Part shown: positions 50,091 to 60,261 of the stretch, piece by piece
How positions within the stretch are numbered: the stretch's first letter is position 1
Layout of the letters: each line of letters opens with the position of its first letter
NCBI GenBank assembly: GCA_030576275.1
Contig: JALIBN010000008.1
Span: 3,925 to 67,924 of the forward strand
Direction of reading: 5' to 3'
DNA length: 64,000 nucleotides
Source: Pseudomonadota bacterium
GTDB lineage: Bacteria > Pseudomonadota > Gammaproteobacteria > Nitrosococcales > Methylophagaceae
Program-made: the position numbers and the translations under genes
Notes under the pieces: generated by a model
What the model was told of the DNA's origin: nothing
Databases searched by the model: none
What the model saw: only the letters and a program-made list of their open reading frames with translations

Positions 50091-50957
50091 ATGGCTATAA
50101 CTGAACAAGTTAACGCTGCATTAGCTGAATTGTCTGCAGATATAAAAATAACAAACTAGAATTACCCTCACCCCCTGACATCATACCTAAAGTTCGAGCT
50201 TTAGCTCATAATGACAACACTAATGCCGAAGACTTCGCTAATTTTGTCAAGTTTGATCCTAATATTTCTGGTCGGATTATTAAGATTGCGAATTCCGCTC
50301 TTTTTGGCACTCGTTTACATATAAGAGTGTTCAATTAGCCGTAGCAAGATTAGGTTTTTCTAAAATACAAAATTTGATCACCGGATTAGTTATTGCCCAA
50401 AATTTCATAAATGCTAAAACACGTGGCCTCGAAAATTATTTCAATGAAATCTGGCAACAAAGCAACAAGGTGTCAGCCATTTGCGATGTATTAGCTCATC
50501 AAAAAACTGATATTGATCCAGAACAAGCACTACTAGCCGGAATGGTTCACAATATTGGCGTGCTTCCACTCATACTACGATTAAATAAAATTTCAGCATT
50601 GAATAATGAGCCAAAACTACTCATTCACGTTGCCAATCAAGTCGTACCTAAACTTTATCCTAAGGCTGGTAAAATGATCTTAAATAAATGGAATTTCTCT
50701 CCAGTTATCGCTTCGGTTGCAATTACCCATAATCGACTAGAGAGAGAATCTACAGGCCCCATAGATTTGAATGATCTGGTATTAATTGCTTGTGAACTTA
50801 ATAAAATGTCTGACTTTACAGATAACGACACGATCCCCGAAACGTTCGTCAACTCAACATTGTTTCAAAGCTGTGGCCTAATTGGACCGAAGCATCCACT
50901 GATCTTAGTAATCTAAAAGATCAAATAGAACAAATAAACAGCAGTATCAAAATCTAA
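50091..50957 (+). pseudogene. HDOD-domain signalling protein, disrupted by about three frameshifts
   Basis: The pieces are MAITEQVNAALAELSADIKITN*, then ELPSPPDIIPKVRALAHNDNTNAEDFANFVKFDPNISGRIIKIANSALFGTRL..., then KSVQLAVARLGFSKIQNLITGL.... The last piece includes the largest intact ORF, 50374-50916. The apparent original C-terminus, KLWPNWTEASTDLSNLKDQIEQINSSIKI*, is in yet another frame. Confidence 0.6.
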
Positions 50958-51175
50958 AATAGCGGCACAAGTACAACTCACTTAAAAGTAATCCTCATCT
51001 CGGATTTCATAGAACTGCAATGAATTATTGGCTTGATGGCTCTTAAGATAATATTCTCTACAACGACTGTTACATATGCTCGCCAATACGGCATAGATAC
51101 TATCCACTTATTGAATCAACATTAATCTCTTTGGCAAAGTTTTATCGAACATCTAGGCGTTGATTTATCGCTGTT

Positions 51176-53908
51176 CTAAATATGGCTGATATTATTAATG
51201 TGTTTGAGTTTTCTAACCACGTATTTTTCAAATTCAACCAAAAATAGTACCGATGATGAAACCAAGATAATGAGAAGCCATGTAAACGCATCTAGCGCTA
51301 CGGTGTCGAATAGTTTCTGCATAGGACTTGTGTAGGTAAAAGCCAGCTGGAAAAGAACTAACAAAGCACTTGCCATTAAGGCATATCGGTTACCCAATAA
51401 TCCCGCTTCATTAAGCACTGAACCAGTAATGTAGCGTGAGTTAAATAAATAGAAAATCTCAAACATCACTAAGGTATTGACTGCTACTGTTCGCGCATAT
51501 TCCAAATCAACATTCTGACTACGTTCCCAAATAAACAATCCAAAAGTACCCAGCATCAGAATAAAAGACACAAATACAATTCGCCATAACAGTGCGGCCG
51601 TTAATAAGGGCTCATTAGTATTTCGTGGCGGACGCTGCATTACACTACTTTCTGCTGGTTCGAATGCCAAAACCAATGCCAATGTAACGGTTGTTATCAT
51701 ATTTACCCAGAGGATTTGCACGGGCGTAATGGGCAATGTTTGCCCCAGCAGAATTGCAGCAATAATCACCAGTGCCTCACCACCACTCGAAGGTAATATG
51801 AAAATAATGGCTTTTTTCAGGTTTTCGTAGACAGTACGGCCTTCTTCGATGGCATGCACTATAGAAGTAAAATTATCATCCGCCAGCACCATTACAGAGG
51901 CTTCTTTTGCTACCTCGGTACCATTTTTACCCATTGCCACCCCTACATCGGCTCGCTTTAACGCAGGCGCGTCATTCACCCCATCGCCAGTCATCGCAAC
52001 AACATGACCTTTGGCCTGAAGTGCCTTAACTAAGCGTAATTTATGTTCTGGACTTGAGCGAGCATAAATATCAATATCATCAACGACATTACACAAATCA
52101 TCATCAGTCATGGTTTCAATATCATGGCCCGTCAACACACGACATCCATCACCAATGTTCATTTTATTGCCAATTGCAAGAGCAGTAACTGAATGATCGC
52201 CGGTAATCATTTTCACTCGAATACCGGCAGATTGACACTGTTTAATGGCCTCACTGACATCCTCACGCGGGGGGTCAATCATGCCAACGATACCCAACAA
52301 AGTTAGATCATTTTCCACATCACTGTAGTTCAAATCACGATGCTCCGCATGGGTTTCTTTGGTGGCTATGGCCAATACACGTTGGCCATTTTTTGCTAAT
52401 GTATCCATTTGTTGCTGCCAATAAGCCAAATCAATTGGCTCATCCTTCAAACCAACACGTTGAAATTTGCTCATCACAAAAATACGCTCTGGCGCACCTT
52501 TTATGTAACTGACGCCTTTACCAAGATGATTATGATGCAAGGTGGCCATAAATTGATGTTCTGATTCAAACGGAATCACATCAGTACGAGGCCATGATTC
52601 ATGTTCAAAATCGGGGATCATGCCCGCTTTCATTCCGAGAGCGATCAACGCGCCTTCAGTAGGATCTCCTTGTAATAACCAATCACCATTTTGCTTTTTC
52701 AATACCGCATCGTTACATAATATGGCAGCACGACTCAGCTCATTTAATACTGGATGAACATTAAAATCGACTTCTTTATCTGCGCTTGAAAAATCACCAT
52801 GAGGATCGTAACCTACGCCAGTCACATCAAACAGGCCACCATAGGCTGTTACAACATTAGTGACCGTCATTTCATTTCGCGTTAATGTCCCCGTTTTATC
52901 AGAGCATATAACAGTCACAGCACCTAGCGTCTCCACAGCAGGTAAGCGACGAATAATCGCCTTGCGTGCCGCCATCCGCTGCACGCCAATAGCCAGTGTT
53001 ATGGTCATAATGGCTGGCAAACCTTCAGGAATTGCAGCTATAGCAAGACCAACTGCAGCAAGAAATAACTCAGCTATAGTGTAGTCATAAAGCCAGACAC
53101 CTAAAGCCATTGTTAGTACCGCAATAACAATAATAATACCTGTTAGTAATCGTGCAAACTCAGCCATCTTACTAATGAGTGGTGTCGTTAAGGTTTCAAC
53201 TTGTGACAACATAGCACTGATTAGTCCAATTTCAGTATCACTGGCAGTAGCAACAACCACGCCTGTACCCTGACCATAGGTCACTAATGTGCTGGAATAA
53301 GCCATCGATATGCGATCGCCTATCACTGCATCATCATCAACTACAGCAGTGATTTTATCAACAGGCATTGATTCGCCGGTCAACGCAGATTCTTGGATTT
53401 GCAGATTTTTTATTTTTATTAAACGTAAATCGGCAGGGACTTTGTCGCCTGATTGTAAATAAACTACATCACCGACCACCAACTCTTCCGCGGGGATAGT
53501 AATACGTTTGCCATCACGCGACACCACGGCCTGCGGCGAGAGCATTTTTTTTATCGCACGCAAGGCATCTTCAGCCTTGCCCTCTTGAATAAAGCCGATA
53601 AAGGCATTAATCACCACTACCCCAATTATCACGCTGGTATCTAACCAATGTCCTAACAAGGCGGTTATCAAGGCTGCGCCCAGTAATACATAAATCAATA
53701 TATTATGAAACTGAGATAAAAAACGTATTAGCGAACTACGTATTTTAGGCTCAGGTAAAACATTACGGCCATGCTCGCTAAGTCGTTTAGAAGCTTCTAG
53801 TTGAGTTAAGCCCTGCTGCGAGCTGGTTACTTGAGTTAGCACGTCTTGGTGTTCCATCGCGTGCCATTTAAAAGCTGAATCTTTAACGTCGACACGGTCG
53901 GAATTCAT
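51176..53908 (-). CDS. cation-transporting P-type ATPase (type II, Ca2+/Mg2+/Na+-like)
   Basis: Start at ATG 53908. Motifs: TGES, the phosphorylation site CSDKTGTLT, and MTGDGVNDAPAL. About 10 TM segments are predicted. Confidence 0.9.
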   Translation of the reverse strand: MNSDRVDVKDSAFKWHAMEHQDVLTQVTSSQQGLTQLEASKRLSEHGRNVLPEPKIRSSLIRFLSQFHNILIYVLLGAALITALLGHWLDTSVIIGVVVINAFIGFIQEGKAEDALRAIKKMLSPQAVVSRDGKRITIPAEELVVGDVVYLQSGDKVPADLRLIKIKNLQIQESALTGESMPVDKITAVVDDDAVIGDRISMAYSSTLVTYGQGTGVVVATASDTEIGLISAMLSQVETLTTPLISKMAEFARLLTGIIIVIAVLTMALGVWLYDYTIAELFLAAVGLAIAAIPEGLPAIMTITLAIGVQRMAARKAIIRRLPAVETLGAVTVICSDKTGTLTRNEMTVTNVVTAYGGLFDVTGVGYDPHGDFSSADKEVDFNVHPVLNELSRAAILCNDAVLKKQNGDWLLQGDPTEGALIALGMKAGMIPDFEHESWPRTDVIPFESEHQFMATLHHNHLGKGVSYIKGAPERIFVMSKFQRVGLKDEPIDLAYWQQQMDTLAKNGQRVLAIATKETHAEHRDLNYSDVENDLTLLGIVGMIDPPREDVSEAIKQCQSAGIRVKMITGDHSVTALAIGNKMNIGDGCRVLTGHDIETMTDDDLCNVVDDIDIYARSSPEHKLRLVKALQAKGHVVAMTGDGVNDAPALKRADVGVAMGKNGTEVAKEASVMVLADDNFTSIVHAIEEGRTVYENLKKAIIFILPSSGGEALVIIAAILLGQTLPITPVQILWVNMITTVTLALVLAFEPAESSVMQRPPRNTNEPLLTAALLWRIVFVSFILMLGTFGLFIWERSQNVDLEYARTVAVNTLVMFEIFYLFNSRYITGSVLNEAGLLGNRYALMASALLVLFQLAFTYTSPMQKLFDTVALDAFTWLLIILVSSSVLFLVEFEKYVVRKLKHINNISHI

Positions 53909-54378
53909 AATATAAGATCTCCAGAATAAGCCCAATAGCATGATTATATATTACTTATTTACAAATATTTTCCCAAGCTAAATTAAGTATTTACTAGTCT
54001 TAAATTACTTAGGAATTAAATACAATTGGTGGTCCTGACCAATAGTAATTAATTATCGTCCTGTAAAGCCATCTACGTGTAAATACTAGTTAACGCGTAA
54101 ATGGCCACATTAAAGCATTAAATACAATGACTTACCTTAAAACCCCATTAAACCATGTTAACTTTTCTTTACATAACAAACATCAGCCAACAAACTAAAC
54201 TGTCTAAAATCAACAATATACGGATTGGCATAATCAATGCCTATCATAAGAAGCTAATATACCAACTTGATTATAATTTTTTTTTAATAAGTAGTGTGAT
54301 TACATATGTAAATTGTCTTTAAAAAAGATTTAGAGTGGCTGATTAGCTAATTTGTATATTTTAATAAAGGTAAAGATT

Positions 54379-54603
54379 ATGACATTACAATCAACAAAAT
54401 CTTCTGCAAAAACGGTACTGACATCGTCCCCAATTAACACTCAAAAAGTAATAGTACCCGACAAGATAACCGCCACTAATCGTCATAGCCAGATTGAAAA
54501 AGAGGCTTACTACCTTGCAGAAAATGAAAACTTCAAAGGTGATTCAGTAGCTCACTGGTTACAGGCTGAGGCGAGTATTGATACAAAGCTAGCAGTTAAA
54601 TAA
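54379..54603 (+). CDS. DUF2934-like small protein
   Basis: ATG 54379 follows AAAGG. The C-terminal IEKEAYYLAENENFKGDSVAHWLQAE resembles the DUF2934 motif. Confidence 0.55.
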   Translation: MTLQSTKSSAKTVLTSSPINTQKVIVPDKITATNRHSQIEKEAYYLAENENFKGDSVAHWLQAEASIDTKLAVK

Positions 54604-54662
54604 AGGTCATTTTAGAAACAATATCATAGTGAGAAAACAATTTTAATTAAGGAGCATAGATT

Positions 54663-55100
54663 ATGGCTATTCAACGTTACAAACCACTTAGTTTATTAGA
54701 TGAACTACAACGCGATGTATCGACTTTATTTAATACGCCAGCATTAGCAACTAATTTTGATAGCGAAGAATGGTCTCCAGCTGTCGACATCAAAGAAACA
54801 AAAAATGATTTTGTCATTCATGCCGATTTGCCTGGAGTAAAGTCGGAAGATATTGAAGTGACAGCTGAAAATGGTGTTCTTACGATCAAAGGCCAACGTG
54901 AAAGCGAAAAGAAAGAAGAGAAAGACAACTACAAACGCATTGAGCGTTTTAGTGGCAGTTTTATGCGTCGATTTACCTTACCCACTACTGCCGATCTCGA
55001 CCACATTTCAGCGAAAACTAAAAATGGCGTATTGGAACTACATGTACCTAAAACTGAAAAATCGCAAAGTAAGCGTATTGAAATTAAGACAGAAAAATAA
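54663..55100 (+). CDS. Hsp20/alpha-crystallin family small heat-shock protein
   Basis: 145 aa with an alpha-crystallin core (WSPAVDIKETKNDFVIHADLPGVKSEDIEVTAENGVLTIKGQR...GSFMRRFTLP). The SD is AAGGAG. Confidence 0.9.
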   Translation: MAIQRYKPLSLLDELQRDVSTLFNTPALATNFDSEEWSPAVDIKETKNDFVIHADLPGVKSEDIEVTAENGVLTIKGQRESEKKEEKDNYKRIERFSGSFMRRFTLPTTADLDHISAKTKNGVLELHVPKTEKSQSKRIEIKTEK

Positions 55101-55120
55101 ACATACCTAAAGTAGTAGTA

Positions 55121-55153
55121 GCTCTGCAGTAAGACTTACTGCAGAGCCTTTTT
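55121..55153 (+). terminator. rho-independent terminator after hsp20
   Basis: Perfect inverted repeat gctctgcagtaag-a-cttactgcagagc followed by c-ttttt. Confidence 0.7.
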
Positions 55154-55276
55154 ATAGCAACGCTAGGACACTTTTAATTAAGACCATTATGTAGATTTTA
55201 ATAACAGTGATGCAAAGATATATTTGCAATTGACGAAGCTATATAGCAGCCCATATCAAAATCTGGGGATAAATAA

Positions 55277-55603
55277 ATGAGTAATAACCATACGCCTTTA
55301 TTCACGGGGGTCATCGTTTATGATGACCAATTAGTCTCTTTAACTGAATTATGTCGAAACTATGCATTGTCAGCTGAGCAACTTTTATCGATGGTCGAGT
55401 ATGGCATTATCGAACCATTAAATTTTCAATTAAGCCATATCCATTGGCAGTTCACCGGTAATAATACCCTACGAGTGCAAAGAGCGCTCCGCTTACAACA
55501 TGATCTTGATCTTAATATTGCCGGCGCCGCATTGGCGATTGAATTATTGGATGAAATCAAAGTATTAAAAGATAGACTTTCTTATAAAAAGTACAAGCAT
55601 TGA
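55277..55603 (+). CDS. MerR-like chaperone-modulator (CbpM-like) protein
   Basis: 108 aa. VSLTELCRNYALSAEQLLSMVEYGIIEP and the C-terminal NIAGAALAIELLDEI resemble the CbpM/MerR_2 family. Confidence 0.55.
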   Translation: MSNNHTPLFTGVIVYDDQLVSLTELCRNYALSAEQLLSMVEYGIIEPLNFQLSHIHWQFTGNNTLRVQRALRLQHDLDLNIAGAALAIELLDEIKVLKDRLSYKKYKH

Positions 55604-55661
55604 CTAGCTCATTCAAAGAGTACAACAAGGCTTCACCACGTTCGTTACCTCTCAGATGCTA

Positions 55662-56552
55662 TTACACCATTGCCTGCCCTAATTGAATGGCGGTGCCAGC
55701 AGAAAATTCCTGTTTAAATAGTTCAGATTCTAATGGCAACAAGATTACTACCGTTGATCCCATATTAAACCGACCCATTTCCTCACCTTTTTGTAATGTG
55801 ATGGCTTGTTCACCATTGTAATCCCAATGTTGAATATTTTTACCATAAGGCGGCGTTATCTTTCCTGACCATACGGTTTCCATACTGCCGACAAAAATAG
55901 CTCCTACTAAAACCATAACAATCGGACCTTGCTCGGTATCAAATACAGTTACTACACGTTCATTTCGCGCAAATAACTTAGGTACAGTGCGTGCAGTGCG
56001 TGGATTAACCGAAAATAACTTTCCTGGAATATACGTCATTTTCCGTAACGTACCGGTGAGAGGCATGTGAATACGGTGATAATCTTTTGGTGATAGATAG
56101 ATAGTTGCAAACTGACCTTGATCAAACCGTTCGGCTAACAGTTCATCACCGCCCAACAATTCCAACACACTATATTCGCGACCTTTTGCTTGCACAAGCT
56201 GACCTTGGACAACGTTGCCAATCTGACTAATCACACCATCTACAGGTGAGGTAATAACCCCTTCACCCTCCGCAATATGGCGCATACCAACCCGTAAGGC
56301 TCGTGTAAAAAAAGCATTGAAACTCGGGTAAAAGGCTAAGTCTGTTTGCGCCGCCTCGCTGATATTGACCTTGTATTTCGCGGTAATAAACCGAATAAAG
56401 CTATTTTTAAACCACGTAACTTCGCTACGAGTCAGCTTATGCATCAACACCGACAGGCTATGCTGGGGAATAAGATACTGAGGTAGGGTGATTATTTTAT
56501 CCCATAATGTTGCATCATTTTTTTGTGAACGATTTATCTTGTTTGTAGCCAA
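55662..56552 (-). CDS. psd: phosphatidylserine decarboxylase proenzyme
   Basis: It has the self-cleavage motif FNMGSTV near the C-terminus and YHRIHMP. The start is uncertain (TTG 56552 in the track). Confidence 0.9.
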   Translation of the reverse strand: MATNKINRSQKNDATLWDKIITLPQYLIPQHSLSVLMHKLTRSEVTWFKNSFIRFITAKYKVNISEAAQTDLAFYPSFNAFFTRALRVGMRHIAEGEGVITSPVDGVISQIGNVVQGQLVQAKGREYSVLELLGGDELLAERFDQGQFATIYLSPKDYHRIHMPLTGTLRKMTYIPGKLFSVNPRTARTVPKLFARNERVVTVFDTEQGPIVMVLVGAIFVGSMETVWSGKITPPYGKNIQHWDYNGEQAITLQKGEEMGRFNMGSTVVILLPLESELFKQEFSAGTAIQLGQAMV

Positions 56553-56634
56553 TTGTATTCTGCCCCTTTCGCCTATTTGATAAGCTTGTCATAATTTTGT
56601 TTTTTTAGATTTCAACTCGTGAGTATATCAAGCT

Positions 56635-57048
56635 ATGCACAAATCTATTCAAATCCTATTGATGCTTTTACTGGCAATGATGATTTCACCAACATGGGCC
56701 GAGGAGGATACGCCAGCTAATACTAAAGCGATTTATTATGCTATAGAAGAACCCTTCACTATTAATTTTCTAAATCAAAGCGAACAAAAAGCACGTTACT
56801 TACAGATAAAAGTCACATTAATGGCACACAACCAAGAGATTATTGATAGTGCCGCATCAAACTTACCTATGTTACAAGATGCCTTGCGGACTTTATTCTC
56901 TGCTCAAACGTCAGAGAACGTAAATTCAGTAGAAGGTCGAAAAAGGCTACAAACGGCATCATTAGACACCGTTAAAACCATCTTAGAAGAAGAAACAGGC
57001 AGAGATAATCTTGATGCAGTTTATTTCACGAGCTTTGTTTTACAGTAA
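56635..57048 (+). CDS. FliL-family protein, paralogue with cleavable signal peptide
   Basis: 137 aa. It has a signal peptide (LLMLLLAMMISPTWA|EE). Its body aligns with the FliL next door (YY.IE.P...NF...RYL..K..L.A...VEG...L......YFTS..LQ). Confidence 0.7.
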   Translation: MHKSIQILLMLLLAMMISPTWAEEDTPANTKAIYYAIEEPFTINFLNQSEQKARYLQIKVTLMAHNQEIIDSAASNLPMLQDALRTLFSAQTSENVNSVEGRKRLQTASLDTVKTILEEETGRDNLDAVYFTSFVLQ

Positions 57049-57050
57049 AT

Positions 57051-57066
57051 AGGCACGTTAATTGCT
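57051..57066 (+). promoter_or_regulatory. sigma54 (-24/-12) promoter for the fliL-flhA operon
   Basis: aGGCACGttaaTTGCT has the GG and GC elements 12 nt apart. That is a near-perfect match to TGGCACG-N4-TTGCW. It lies 37 nt upstream of the fliL ATG. Confidence 0.55.
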
Positions 57067-57102
57067 AAACTAAAAACATCAACCTACAGGAAGAGAGTCG
57101 AC

Positions 57103-57606
57103 ATGGCAGAAACACAAGACGATATTGAAATCATCGAAGAAGGTGGTAACAAATCAAAATTATTGATCATTATTATTGTTGTCTTGATTTTAATACTTGC
57201 TGGCGTCGGTGCCATGATGTTTATAGGTGGAGATGATAAATCTGCCGTATCAGATGAATCAGTAGCTGTCGCGGTAAAACAAACACCGATTTATTACACC
57301 CTAGAAAAACCTCTAATCGTTAATTTTGGCGAACAAAGCCAAGGAGCGGTGCGTTATTTATCAGTTAAATTAAAAGTAATGGCACGCGATCAGCTTGTTA
57401 TTGATTCATTCACTCTCAATGAGCCTGCTATTCAACATGAATTACTCATGCTGTTACTTGGTCAAAAATATGACGAACTCAACACAGTTGAAGGCACTAA
57501 AGCACTGCAACAAAAAACACTTGCAACTATTAATGAGGTATTAAAAGCTGAAAAAACATCAGGTGAATTAGAATCCGTCTATTTCACCAGTTTACTCATG
57601 CAATAA
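57103..57606 (+). CDS. fliL: flagellar basal body-associated protein FliL
   Basis: 167 aa with a single N-terminal TM anchor (LLIIIIVVLILILAGVGAMMFI) and a FliL domain. It is the first gene of the fliLMNOPQR block. Confidence 0.85.
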   Translation: MAETQDDIEIIEEGGNKSKLLIIIIVVLILILAGVGAMMFIGGDDKSAVSDESVAVAVKQTPIYYTLEKPLIVNFGEQSQGAVRYLSVKLKVMARDQLVIDSFTLNEPAIQHELLMLLLGQKYDELNTVEGTKALQQKTLATINEVLKAEKTSGELESVYFTSLLMQ

Positions 57607-57610
57607 GACT

Positions 57611-58627
57611 ATGGCTGTTCACGATATACTTTCACAAGACGAGGTCGATGCCCTATTAAGTGGTATGGGCGGCGGTGACATTGAAACTTCTGACGAAGAA
57701 GTAGATAAAGGTGGCACACGAAATTATGACTTCGGTAACGAAGACCGTATTATCCGTGGACGCATGCCAACACTGGAAATGGTCAACGAACGTTTTGGTC
57801 GTCTTTTCCGCATAAGCCTTTTTAACATGCTACGTCGTTCAGCTGAAATATCTGTTACTGGTGTACAGTTAATGAAATTTTCAGAATACATTCATACTTT
57901 GTTTGTACCAACCAGCCTAAATTTAATTCATATGCATCCACTGCGTGGAACGGGTCTAATTGTATTCGAGCCTAAACTTGTATTTACAATCCTTGATAAT
58001 TATTTTGGCGGTGATGGTCGTTTTCAAGCTCGAATTGAGGGTCGGGAATTCACTGCCACAGAGTTACGTGTTATTCGTATGGTTTTAGATCAATGCTTCG
58101 CCACATTAACCGAAGCCTGGTCTCCCGTAATGGATGTACGCTTTGAGTTTGTTAACCACGAAGTTAACCCGCAGTTTGCTAATATTGTTAGCCCTAGTGA
58201 AGTATTGGTTATTTCTACTTTTCATATTGAATTAGATGGTGGTGGTGGTGATATACACGTCACGCTCCCATATTCTATGTTAGAACCAATCCGTGAATTA
58301 TTAGATACCGGTTTGCAAAGTGATAGTGCCTCTGATGATGGCCGTTGGGCCGCATCAATGAAGGAAGAAATCTTAGCCGCGGATGTCCTATTGACAGCTG
58401 AATTAGCACACGTTAAATACAGTCTACAAAAAATACTTAATTTCAAAGTAGGTGATATTTTACCGATTGAAATGCCAAAGACAGTGGTTGTAAAAGCAGA
58501 ACATGTACCCGTATTCAACGCTACTTTTGGCGAACATAAAAATAAAGTAGCGTTAAAAGTTACCAATCTCATTGAGCACCCTAAGGATACAACACCTCAA
58601 TACCATCTCCAGAAGAGTAAAAAATAA
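57611..58627 (+). CDS. fliM: flagellar motor switch protein FliM
   Basis: 338 aa. The N-terminal CheY-binding motif is ILSQDEVDALL. Confidence 0.95.
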   Translation: MAVHDILSQDEVDALLSGMGGGDIETSDEEVDKGGTRNYDFGNEDRIIRGRMPTLEMVNERFGRLFRISLFNMLRRSAEISVTGVQLMKFSEYIHTLFVPTSLNLIHMHPLRGTGLIVFEPKLVFTILDNYFGGDGRFQARIEGREFTATELRVIRMVLDQCFATLTEAWSPVMDVRFEFVNHEVNPQFANIVSPSEVLVISTFHIELDGGGGDIHVTLPYSMLEPIRELLDTGLQSDSASDDGRWAASMKEEILAADVLLTAELAHVKYSLQKILNFKVGDILPIEMPKTVVVKAEHVPVFNATFGEHKNKVALKVTNLIEHPKDTTPQYHLQKSKK

Positions 58628-59073
58628 TGAGTGAAGATAATAAAACTGACCAAGAAGTGGCTGATGAATGGGCATCTGCATTGGAAGAACAAGGCACCGA
58701 TGTAGAAGAGGATCCATGGGCAGCAGCATTAGAAGAACAATCTGATTCTGAAAAAGCCAACCCAGCTCCCGTCACTCACCTTGATGATGACGCTAAACCT
58801 CGCTCCCACGCCGAGTTGAATTTAGCTATGGTGTTAGATATTCCAGTGACTATTTCCATGGAAATAGGCCGTGCTAAAATCAATATTCGTAATCTACTGC
58901 AACTTAGCCAAGGCTCTGTAGTTGAATTAGATCGCCTTGCCGGTGAACCAATGGATGTTTTAGTCAATGACACGCTGATTGCTCACGGCGAAGTAGTAGT
59001 GGTCAATGATAAATTTGGTATTCGATTGACTGATGTTATCAGTGCTGAAGAACGCATCAAAAAATTACGATGA
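58627..59073 (+). CDS. fliN: flagellar motor switch protein FliN
   Basis: It has an acidic N-terminus and a C-terminal SpoA domain (LDIPVTISMEIGRAKINIRNLLQLSQGSVVELD). It makes a TAATG overlap with fliM. Confidence 0.9.
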   Translation: MSEDNKTDQEVADEWASALEEQGTDVEEDPWAAALEEQSDSEKANPAPVTHLDDDAKPRSHAELNLAMVLDIPVTISMEIGRAKINIRNLLQLSQGSVVELDRLAGEPMDVLVNDTLIAHGEVVVVNDKFGIRLTDVISAEERIKKLR

Positions 59074-59522
59074 TGGCGCACATATTTAAAGTCGTAAGTA
59101 TGTTGGGGCTAAGCTTATGGTCTGTAATAGGTTTTACAGCGGAGCAAAGCAGTACACTGGCTACGAAAACATTAACCACTCCCCCAGTTTCTACTAGTGC
59201 TTTATTAGAGACCTTATTAGGTTTGTTTGTTGTACTAGCCTGCATCGCATTTTTAGCTTGGCTACTTCGTCGCACTGGCCGTTTTCAAACGACAGCGAAT
59301 GGCGAAATGAAAATAATTACCAGTTTGGCGCTAGGGCCTCGTGAACGTGCCGTGCTTTTGCAAGTCGGTGAGCAGCAAATATTGGTTGGCGTGACCTCAC
59401 AACATGTGCAGACCTTACATATCCTCGAAACACCTGTAAGCACGACAACCATAAAAAACAATTCAAACACTACTTTTGCTGAAAAATTTCAGCAGGTTCT
59501 GCAACAGAGAGCTAAATCATGA
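59070..59522 (+). CDS. fliO: flagellar biosynthesis protein FliO
   Basis: Small single-TM protein ([18 protein letters not shown]) between fliN and fliP, with overlapping start and stop codons. Confidence 0.8.
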   Translation: MMAHIFKVVSMLGLSLWSVIGFTAEQSSTLATKTLTTPPVSTSALLETLLGLFVVLACIAFLAWLLRRTGRFQTTANGEMKIITSLALGPRERAVLLQVGEQQILVGVTSQHVQTLHILETPVSTTTIKNNSNTTFAEKFQQVLQQRAKS

Positions 59523-60259
59523 TCCGTTGCTTGCTCAGTCTAGGTCTATTACTAATGCCTTTATTTGCCATGGCGGCTGATCCTGGCATTCCAGCACTGA
59601 CTCTTACGACTGATGCAGATGGCGAACAAAGTTACACCGTAACACTACAAATTTTAGCATTAATGACCGTCTTAACCTTGCTTCCTGCAGCATTAATGAT
59701 GATGACATCATTCACCCGTATTATTATTGTCCTGTCTATTTTACGACAAGCGATGGGTGTGCAATCCACTCCATCAAATCAAGTGCTAATCGGGTTATCA
59801 TTATTTTTAACTTTTTTTATCATGAATCCGGTATTTGATGCCGCATACCACAATGGGGTTAAACCCTATATGGACGGGCAAATGGAGATGATGCCCGCCG
59901 CTGAAAAAGCCAGTCAACCGTTCAAAGATTTTATGCTGGCACAAACCCGTGAGACTGATATTGAATTATTTGCCGGAATTGCAGGTCATCCAGCATTGGA
60001 ATCAGCCCAAGATGTGCCATTTAGTTTATTACTACCGGCCTTTGTTACCAGCGAACTTAAAACGGCTTTTCAAATTGGCTTTTTAATTTTTATTCCATTT
60101 TTAATTATCGACTTAGTCGTCGCTAGTGTACTAATGGCGATGGGGATGATGATGTTATCCCCCATGCTAATTTCGTTACCCTTTAAGCTGATGTTGTTTG
60201 TGTTAATAGATGGCTGGGCTTTATTGATGGGTACTTTAGCTTCTAGCTTTTACGTATAA
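59519..60259 (+). CDS. fliP: flagellar type III export protein FliP
   Basis: Conserved [20 protein letters not shown] and [27 protein letters not shown]. Confidence 0.95.
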   Translation: MIRCLLSLGLLLMPLFAMAADPGIPALTLTTDADGEQSYTVTLQILALMTVLTLLPAALMMMTSFTRIIIVLSILRQAMGVQSTPSNQVLIGLSLFLTFFIMNPVFDAAYHNGVKPYMDGQMEMMPAAEKASQPFKDFMLAQTRETDIELFAGIAGHPALESAQDVPFSLLLPAFVTSELKTAFQIGFLIFIPFLIIDLVVASVLMAMGMMMLSPMLISLPFKLMLFVLIDGWALLMGTLASSFYV

Positions 60260-60261
60260 TT

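Noticed and set aside
54226-54240. TGGCAT-N7-TGC with sigma54-like GG/GC spacing, upstream of the DUF2934 and hsp20 genes.
   Set aside because: The -12 element is ATGCC, not TTGCA. The site is itself a short palindrome (GGCAT/ATGCC). It would leave a leader of about 125 nt. The evidence is insufficient without a search or expression data.
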